In this document: positions 48,503 through 55,035 of the stretch, piece by piece
Numbering within the stretch: position 1 is the stretch's first letter
Layout of the letters: the number at the start of each line of letters is the position of its first letter
Source of the DNA: a virus
Length of the DNA: 64,000 nucleotides
IMG/VR virus record: IMGVR_UViG_3300027804_000045
Coordinates: 86,744 to 150,743 of that record
Strand: one strand, 5' to 3'
Notes under the pieces: generated by a model
What the model was told of the DNA's origin: nothing
The model's input: only the letters and a program-made list of their open reading frames with translations
The model's database searches: none
Made by a program: the position numbers and the translations under genes

Positions 48503-50218
48503 TTAATTAATAGACAACACCTTTTGACCCTTATAAAATTTCCAAGCATTAGGTGTAGCACTTGAGTATGAATTGCTAGGATAAAGTAGCAAATCCATAA
48601 TTCCGTCTTTATCAAAATCGTTGACGATTGACGATGCAGCTCCGCCCCAACCTAAATTACCGACAGCAACGATTTTACTCATATCGTAATAATCGAAACC
48701 ACCCTTCTTGTCATTTATATAGATTATGGGTAGACCATTTTCGCTAAAGGGGTACATCACAATGTCGTTGTACTTGTCACCGTTAACATCCTTGCAATCG
48801 AAATTGTTACCCAGTTTATCCGTTTTCTCATTACGTATATTTAAAGGAACTTCAGTGATAGTGTTGCCGACTACCTTAGTGGCCTTAAATACTGATAGAC
48901 CATCCTTTAAATTATTTTGCTCAACAGTCATACCCTCGTAATAGTTAGGTATGATTGCACCAGCAAGCATGAACAATACAACATTATCACCGTCCGGACT
49001 AAGTTTCATTTGGCAACTCTCAACAAGCCCTGCGATAGTAATGTGCTTGTCATTTAACTTGAATACAGGCTGTGATCCACCCTGCTCACCATTATACGAA
49101 ATGGTATTAACTGTACCCACTTTAGGAGCAAGCACCAATGATTGTAGATTAGACCACATACCGTTTGTGTTTTGAACATGACCTTCAACTGTAGTGAAGT
49201 TGCCAAAACTGTTTGATGCTTGCAACAGATAATTTGTCCAAGTAGCGGTACCTTGCGAATTGTAAAATTGAAATGTCGTGGGACTGACTGATGGGGCGCC
49301 TGCGCTCAACTTATGAGTTCCTGCGCTATCAAACAAGAATGATGAGGTATTATTGACAGACGTAAAGCCATTGCCATTCACAAAGATTTCATTCTTGATA
49401 TTATACCCAATACCAATACTATGATACCAACTAGGAGTGCCAAACTGTCTGATAGTATAGGTAGATCCAGTAGATACAAGAGCCGCCATTGGCGCAAATA
49501 TATCAAACATGTTGGCGGTCAATCGTCCATCTTCTTGATTCATGGCATACACTAAATCTTCCTTGCCATCATTATTAATATCACCTCGCGCTACTTTGCG
49601 AGAGCATCCACCCAAACTGTTGCTACCAGGCAAATATTTTGTTGTCTCGTTAGTAAACTTACCATTGTCAAATATAAAAATTTGCACTTGGCTTCTGCAG
49701 GGTGTGTTTCCTACTGCCTTACCAAAGTTTTCCATAGACCACAAGTGTACGACAAGATCATCCTTCTTGTCGCCATTTACATCTAGATATGTTGTGTTAC
49801 TTGCGACGGTTGGTTTGTATGGTCTATCAACTGTAATACTATTACTTACCTCAGCAAAGTATCCTTTGATAGTAACAACAACCTGCGCTGTCGTTGTTGA
49901 GTTGCCATTAGTACAATTGAGTGTGTAAGTATTTGTACCTGGGGCAACAGTCGAAAAATTCTGTGTACCGTTGAGCGAGATATTTCCAGTCCAAGAACCA
50001 CTTGCACTACATGATGTGGCATTACTGGCAGACCACGTAAGTGTAATATTATCTCCCTGAAATACTTCGGTAGACGTAGCATTCAAGGTGACACTAGGTG
50101 ATGATACGCTACTGGGAGTTTTGCTGGAACTTTCGCTGCCTCCTCCCCCTCCCCCGCAACCTACAACGATTGCCGAGGTAAAAAGCAAAGTACCTACATT
50201 AAGAATCTTTACACTCAT
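48503..50218 (-). CDS. Lipoprotein with an Ig-like domain and FG-GAP/VCBS repeats
   Basis: Signal peptide ending IVVG-C followed by GGGGGG; four DxN/DxDG repeats (DVNGDKKDDL, DINNDGKEDL, DVNGDKYNDI, DFDKDGIMDL). Confidence 0.8.
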   Translation of the reverse strand: MSVKILNVGTLLFTSAIVVGCGGGGGGSESSSKTPSSVSSPSVTLNATSTEVFQGDNITLTWSASNATSCSASGSWTGNISLNGTQNFSTVAPGTNTYTLNCTNGNSTTTAQVVVTIKGYFAEVSNSITVDRPYKPTVASNTTYLDVNGDKKDDLVVHLWSMENFGKAVGNTPCRSQVQIFIFDNGKFTNETTKYLPGSNSLGGCSRKVARGDINNDGKEDLVYAMNQEDGRLTANMFDIFAPMAALVSTGSTYTIRQFGTPSWYHSIGIGYNIKNEIFVNGNGFTSVNNTSSFLFDSAGTHKLSAGAPSVSPTTFQFYNSQGTATWTNYLLQASNSFGNFTTVEGHVQNTNGMWSNLQSLVLAPKVGTVNTISYNGEQGGSQPVFKLNDKHITIAGLVESCQMKLSPDGDNVVLFMLAGAIIPNYYEGMTVEQNNLKDGLSVFKATKVVGNTITEVPLNIRNEKTDKLGNNFDCKDVNGDKYNDIVMYPFSENGLPIIYINDKKGGFDYYDMSKIVAVGNLGWGGAASSIVNDFDKDGIMDLLLYPSNSYSSATPNAWKFYKGQKVLSIN

Positions 50219-50250
50219 ATACACTCCAAGTTAAGTATAACGATACAAAT

Positions 50251-50310
50251 ATACTAAAATAATATAGGAAAAAAGTCAATTATAAAATATATAAGGAAAT
50301 CAATGACTTA
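50251..50310 (-). promoter_or_regulatory. Early promoter with an IHF site
   Basis: TTGACT-17-TAGTAT; AATCAATGACTTA at 50298-50310. Confidence 0.7.
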
Positions 50311-50312
50311 CG

Positions 50313-50350
50313 TTAAAAAGGAATTGGGCGATTTCTCGCCCAATTGTTTT
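50313..50350. terminator. Intrinsic terminator
   Basis: AATTGGGCGA-TTTC-TCGCCCAATT hairpin with T runs nearby on both strands. Confidence 0.75.
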
Positions 50351-50367
50351 CAGGTAAAAAAACGATA

Positions 50368-50457
50368 TCACTTCACTTTTTCAAGTTCAGCAATCGAACC
50401 AGCAACAATAGCCACAGCACCTGCGGTATAACCGGCAGCACGTAATTTCAAATTCAA
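50368..50457 (-). CDS. 29-aa micro-ORF, possibly a deletion remnant
   Basis: AAGGAG RBS, TTG start, MNLKLRAAGYTAGAVAIVAGSIAELEKVK. Confidence 0.4.
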   Translation of the reverse strand: MNLKLRAAGYTAGAVAIVAGSIAELEKVK

Positions 50458-50467
50458 AAATTACTCC

Positions 50468-50680
50468 TTACTTCTTGAGTTCGTCAACAATACGTTCTTG
50501 TTCCAATTCTAACATAGATACACGGGCTTGATACATTCCGTATACCATCCAAAGCAAAACTCCCGCTAGGAAAATAACAATACCATATTTGGGCGAGAGA
50601 TAATCAAGAAACAATACAGTCCCTGCGCCGGCAGCCAATCCGCCAAACGTCTGAAGAAATGCCTTAGTACGAACCTTCAT
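50468..50680 (-). CDS. Small two-TM membrane protein
   Basis: AAGGAG RBS; promoter TTGACA-17-TAATCT upstream; two hydrophobic segments. Confidence 0.7.
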   Translation of the reverse strand: MKVRTKAFLQTFGGLAAGAGTVLFLDYLSPKYGIVIFLAGVLLWMVYGMYQARVSMLELEQERIVDELKK

Positions 50681-50745
50681 GTAATACTCCTTTGATTTAT
50701 TGAACACAATATATAGATTACACGATACTATATGTTGTGTCAAGC

Positions 50746-50934
50746 CTATAATTGCTTTTGACCACAAACACATTGCCCATTTACGAACTTGTGGTCGCAA
50801 ACATCATCTATTTGTAAACTCTCGTATAATTTTGGAACGATACGTTCCAGTTCTGGGTATTGCTGTAATGTTTCTAGCGGAAGATTTTCAATAGTGTTTA
50901 GAATCAGTTGTAGTTTATCACGAACCGTTGTCAT
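50746..50934 (-). CDS. Small hypothetical protein with a C-terminal Cys/His motif
   Basis: CDHKFVNGQCVCG. Confidence 0.55.
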   Translation of the reverse strand: MTTVRDKLQLILNTIENLPLETLQQYPELERIVPKLYESLQIDDVCDHKFVNGQCVCGQKQL

Positions 50935-51185
50935 TGATACCTCAAAGTATGTAACCTATCAATTTCATACTTGAATGTTTTGATACTATCACAGATAGCA
51001 TATGGCATGTTATCTACTTTCAGCTTGATAAATGTGTCGTTGTATACACAAACTTCAATATCGATGCCATTATATCTGAAAGTCACACAAGTATACTTGC
51101 TGTCTATTGAAACTTGAGGTTTAGTGTCTAGGTAATTCTTTTGTGTATTAAGGTAGGAAGTGATGAGATGTGTGATATTTGTCAT
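50931..51185 (-). CDS. Hypothetical protein
   Basis: ATG directly after the uvsY stop. Confidence 0.55.
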   Translation of the reverse strand: MTNITHLITSYLNTQKNYLDTKPQVSIDSKYTCVTFRYNGIDIEVCVYNDTFIKLKVDNMPYAICDSIKTFKYEIDRLHTLRYQ

Positions 51186-51187
51186 TA

Positions 51188-51646
51188 TCAGGATACCGTG
51201 ACATCTTCCATGCCGGCTGTGCGCAAGCGAACAATATGACCCAATTGCCATTGCTTGCTATCAAGACCCTTCATGATACCCAACCACTTGTTACGCAAAA
51301 GTGCTACCTCGTTGATTAGTACTTCAAAGTCAATAACTTCATCTTCGCCGTCAACATACTTTTCCGCGTCACGGCTTGTCAATGCTCTATTATATCCTTC
51401 CAGATATTTCTGAAAGTATTTACGCCTCAACTTACGCAATTGTATGTTGAGATAATTCAATACAGCCTCAATCTCTTGTAGTTGATTGAAACGCTGTTCT
51501 GTGATGCCGGGTAGGTTTGAGATATTCTTTTCTACCTTTCCACCTACCCTACAATCCCATTTTGCTTGCTCTAATTCTGATTCATAGTGCGCTATGAAAT
51601 CAGGGATTACGCTTAAATCAGTTGTGATTCTGGTATACCAGTTCAT
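51188..51646 (-). CDS. uvsY: Recombination mediator UvsY-like
   Basis: DAEKYVDGE..V and K.LDSKQWQL..IV.LR motifs; near uvsX. Confidence 0.75.
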   Translation of the reverse strand: MNWYTRITTDLSVIPDFIAHYESELEQAKWDCRVGGKVEKNISNLPGITEQRFNQLQEIEAVLNYLNIQLRKLRRKYFQKYLEGYNRALTSRDAEKYVDGEDEVIDFEVLINEVALLRNKWLGIMKGLDSKQWQLGHIVRLRTAGMEDVTVS

Positions 51647-51649
51647 TCA

Positions 51650-51907
51650 TCACCAATTGTCGTCATAATCCTCGTCATCTTCTTCCTCTTCTTCGTATTC
51701 TTCCTCTTCATCTTCTTGTGAAGCAATGTATGCCTTTACAGCATCCATTACATAGGTGTCTCTACGAAATTCTGCCTTGATATCACTTGCTTCATAATCA
51801 TTTTGAATTAGAACATCTACAAGTGATTCAGCGGCATCTGGAAGAACCGTTTCATCGATTTCGCTTTTTAGTGCGCGCCAAACTTCGTGTATAACAGTAA
51901 TACTCAT
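51650..51907 (-). CDS. Small acidic hypothetical protein
   Basis: Poly-E/D C-terminal tail. Confidence 0.65.
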   Translation of the reverse strand: MSITVIHEVWRALKSEIDETVLPDAAESLVDVLIQNDYEASDIKAEFRRDTYVMDAVKAYIASQEDEEEEYEEEEEDDEDYDDNW

Positions 51908-51912
51908 CTGTA

Positions 51913-52971
51913 TTATTCCTCCACTACAGAATTTGTATTACTTATCTTTGTTTGACGATTTTGATATTCTGACATTACTTTGTCAAGACAACCATCTTCA
52001 TTGCTTTCCCAACCTTTGCGGAAGAACTTGATGACTTCGCCACTATCAGTTGTATAGACAAGGCGATTGCCTTCTTTCGTCAAAATATTTGCCTTCTCAA
52101 ACAAGTCAAGCAAGCCACTATATGGATTCATACCAGTCTCATAAGGAATCTTTACTTGAACGCTTTCGAAAGGCTTTGCGTAACGAGTTTTCATAACCTT
52201 ACATGCGCTACGAATACCACGCACTTCGCTGATCTTGTTGCCTTCATCATCTTCCTTGAGTTTGAGTTTCTTCATAGCGACAACAATACTTGACGCATAG
52301 ATGAAGCCTTGACCGCCGCTGATTTTATCATCAGGGTCAAACATGTCTTGTGAAGCATATGTGTGATTAGTTGCGACTAATCCTACGTTATGACTACCAA
52401 ACATGTTGACACAGTTACGAACAAGACTAGTGAGTGCCTTAGGCTTGCGACCCATATCACCCTTCATATCACCTGCTTCAAACTGATTGACATCAGTTGG
52501 AGTCAGCAACATACCTAGACTGTCAATGATGAAAAGAACTTTAGGCTTGTCATCAGCCGGAAGCGTCTTGTAGTTCTTCATAAATTCTGAAATTGTTTTA
52601 GCAACGTCATCGATCATTGCCATGTTCAACTTCAACAATTTATCTTCTGCGGTATCAACACCAAGTGCCTTCAACCAATCTTCATCAAGCGCATTTTCAG
52701 TATCAACCAATACAACGAAAATGCCTTGCTGTTGTGCGTGACGAACTAAGTTGCCAGAACAAATATATGATTTGCCTGAACCTGATTCACCTGCAAATAC
52801 AGTTACCTTGCCTAGTGGGACTCCCTTGTTGAAGTCTCCACTAATAAGATAATTGAGAGCGTGGTTACCAGTACTGATCCAGTCAGTAGGATCATTGAAA
52901 CCAATACTGAGACCTTCAATACTTTTTGTAATGTCTTTTCTAAATTTTGATACATCGAATGGTTTTGCCAT
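51913..52971 (-). CDS. uvsX: UvsX/RecA-like recombinase
   Basis: GESGSGKS, DTENA, IIDSLG, NHTY and SGG motifs. Confidence 0.95.
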   Translation of the reverse strand: MAKPFDVSKFRKDITKSIEGLSIGFNDPTDWISTGNHALNYLISGDFNKGVPLGKVTVFAGESGSGKSYICSGNLVRHAQQQGIFVVLVDTENALDEDWLKALGVDTAEDKLLKLNMAMIDDVAKTISEFMKNYKTLPADDKPKVLFIIDSLGMLLTPTDVNQFEAGDMKGDMGRKPKALTSLVRNCVNMFGSHNVGLVATNHTYASQDMFDPDDKISGGQGFIYASSIVVAMKKLKLKEDDEGNKISEVRGIRSACKVMKTRYAKPFESVQVKIPYETGMNPYSGLLDLFEKANILTKEGNRLVYTTDSGEVIKFFRKGWESNEDGCLDKVMSEYQNRQTKISNTNSVVEE

Positions 52972-52972
52972 G

Positions 52973-53173
52973 TTACTTACTACCCTTCAATTGAACAACG
53001 ATATCTTCACGGTTGATTGCCCTTAACCAAGTGTTCAAACGTGCTACGATAACATTATCATCTTTGGGGTTGTCAAAATTGACATTGCAATCCATAACAG
53101 TATCCCCGCTGTCTGCCTCGCGGCTGCTATAGTTTAGTGTAAAACTTTCATTGATTTTTGTGACCTTTGCCAT
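52973..53173 (-). CDS. Small hypothetical protein
   Basis: GAGGA RBS. Confidence 0.6.
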   Translation of the reverse strand: MAKVTKINESFTLNYSSREADSGDTVMDCNVNFDNPKDDNVIVARLNTWLRAINREDIVVQLKGSK

Positions 53174-53182
53174 AAATTCCTC

Positions 53183-53419
53183 TTATTTCAAAATATTTCT
53201 TTTAGCGATTCTATCATTGAATGCTATTTTGTCAAGCATATCAGGACAACTGTCCGCGATACGGTCAAGTTCATAATCATTTGGATAGTGTCGCAATGCA
53301 CCACGCGCACGATCACGGACGATGCTCGGCACCCTAGGCGTCTTGCCCGGATCGCATAATTCCTCAAGTAGTTTCTTACCCTGCTTTAGTGCGCGGTATC
53401 TTTCGTCTGGTAGTGTCAT
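53183..53419 (-). CDS. Small hypothetical protein
   Basis: MTLPDERYRA...TPRVP..VR.RA...LRHYP; GAGGA RBS. Confidence 0.7.
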   Translation of the reverse strand: MTLPDERYRALKQGKKLLEELCDPGKTPRVPSIVRDRARGALRHYPNDYELDRIADSCPDMLDKIAFNDRIAKRNILK

Positions 53420-53443
53420 GGTAGTTTCCTCAGTTTAGGAGAA

Positions 53444-53463
53444 GGGAGAGATTACTCTCTCCC
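53444..53463 (-). terminator. Hairpin after gp32 (weak terminator or stabiliser)
   Basis: GGGAGAGA-GTAA-TCTCTCCC. Confidence 0.55.
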
Positions 53464-53471
53464 AAATACTA

Positions 53472-54476
53472 TTAGGCCTTCTGTTGACGGGCACGGATCA
53501 TCGCTAAAATGTCCTGTGCCTTATCGCTAGAAGTACTCTTAGGAACAACTACGGGTTCACTCTTTGATTCTGATTCTTCGACATCATGTACGTCCCCATG
53601 ACCATCCGCTACTACCTTTTTACTAGAAATAGTTAAGGTAGACGTTTCAGTTACATGAGGAGGAACTGATGCATTTGCAGGAGCTTCAAGTCCATATGGA
53701 CGATAGTATGCGCCCCACTTTTCGTTATCGTAAGGCTTGCCGTCTACTGAAGCCTCAAACATCTCCTTGATAACACGGAGTTCTGATTCGCTGGGCTTCT
53801 TGGGCAAGAAGTCAGCAAGATTGAATAGACCATGTGCTTCGATAGCGGCCTGTTCTGCTTCAGTCAATGGGCTTTCTTTACGTGCCCAGTTACTAGTTGA
53901 ATAATCAGCATAGCCACCCTTGCTAGTCTTTTTGACGTTGAAATCTGTACCGTTCAAGTAATCGGTTGGGATGTTTTCCATTTCAACATCCATCAAACTT
54001 GACTTGATGATTGTGAAAATTTGTGGGCTAATAACAAATCTGCGAATTGGATTAGCAGGAGTTACATCGTTACCGATTGGGTTCTGACGAACAAAACCTT
54101 GAAACAAATAACTACGCTTCTTCCAATACTTGTTAGCCATTTCTTTGAGAGTATCATCTTTGTACCAAGGACGTACTTCTGCCAAGATAGGACAGTTATC
54201 GCCATACATTTCTACGCATGGGACTTGTACAACTACTTGCTTCATGTTTGGATCACCCTTGATACCATTGAACGGCAACTTGATGATCTGACGTTCTACC
54301 CAGAAAAATGTGTTTGAACTATTTGCGTCTGGAAGGAAACGAATAGTGGCAGTAGTGCCTTCTTCCATATTCCAGTGTGGGTAGATTGCGTTATCTGACT
54401 GGGTGCGTTGACCCTGACCTGACTTCTTACTTTCTTGTGCCGCGAGACGGGCACGGATATCTGCTAGACTTGCCAT
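53472..54476 (-). CDS. Single-stranded DNA-binding protein (gp32-like)
   Basis: IRFLP, C.....CP, KTSKGGYADYSTS.W; next to uvsX/uvsY. Confidence 0.88.
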   Translation of the reverse strand: MASLADIRARLAAQESKKSGQGQRTQSDNAIYPHWNMEEGTTATIRFLPDANSSNTFFWVERQIIKLPFNGIKGDPNMKQVVVQVPCVEMYGDNCPILAEVRPWYKDDTLKEMANKYWKKRSYLFQGFVRQNPIGNDVTPANPIRRFVISPQIFTIIKSSLMDVEMENIPTDYLNGTDFNVKKTSKGGYADYSTSNWARKESPLTEAEQAAIEAHGLFNLADFLPKKPSESELRVIKEMFEASVDGKPYDNEKWGAYYRPYGLEAPANASVPPHVTETSTLTISSKKVVADGHGDVHDVEESESKSEPVVVPKSTSSDKAQDILAMIRARQQKA

Positions 54477-54560
54477 AGTATAATCTCCTTTGTTGTATGC
54501 CTAAGTTGAGCCTAAATGTGTTTTGTGTTAGTTGTCGGAGACAACTTGACACATACTGAT

Positions 54561-54588
54561 ATTATACAATAAAATCAATATGTGTCAA
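54561..54588 (-). promoter_or_regulatory. Sigma70-like promoter for gp32, embedded in a long inverted repeat
   Basis: TTGACA-16-TATAAT. Confidence 0.7.
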
Positions 54589-54644
54589 TGTACTTATACT
54601 TGTTATGGATGTAAAAAATATATCTATTTGACCAAATTAAAAAT

Positions 54645-55034
54645 TTATTCTTTCCAAATTAATTTTACTTCATCCCACAATGCTGAGTCCTTCCAAACTA
54701 AGTTTGGTTCATCCCATATATATGATTTGCCATCAGTAGGCATAGCTGTTGGAGCTGTCCATCTACAGACTGATTCATCTAACACCCAACTATCATATGG
54801 TTTTGGGGAAATGAATGCATCGCGTGAAGCGTCATAGGTAAAATCTACGTCGGCAAAGTTAGCGCGTATCATGCCTAGTTGATGGGTTTGTTTCCAGTTA
54901 CCACCGTGCTGTGCTACACAGTAAGCAATGCCTTTTGCTTCGCTTTCTACTCCGTTATCAAGTAATTCATTGTCATCAACTACAATGACCTCAGTGACTA
55001 CATTATTTTCATTTAATTTTGCAAAGTGTGCCAT
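54645..55034 (-). CDS. Tail-fibre-associated small protein
   Basis: MAHFAKL.ENNVV..VIVV, YD..RDAFI.PKPY.SW.L.E..C.W.AP. Confidence 0.6.
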   Translation of the reverse strand: MAHFAKLNENNVVTEVIVVDDNELLDNGVESEAKGIAYCVAQHGGNWKQTHQLGMIRANFADVDFTYDASRDAFISPKPYDSWVLDESVCRWTAPTAMPTDGKSYIWDEPNLVWKDSALWDEVKLIWKE

Positions 55035-55035
55035 T

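Noticed and set aside
22272-50310. AATCAANNACTTA repeats as att or dif recombination sites
   Set aside because: No integrase in the window; fixed spacing to -35 elements fits promoter-associated IHF sites better
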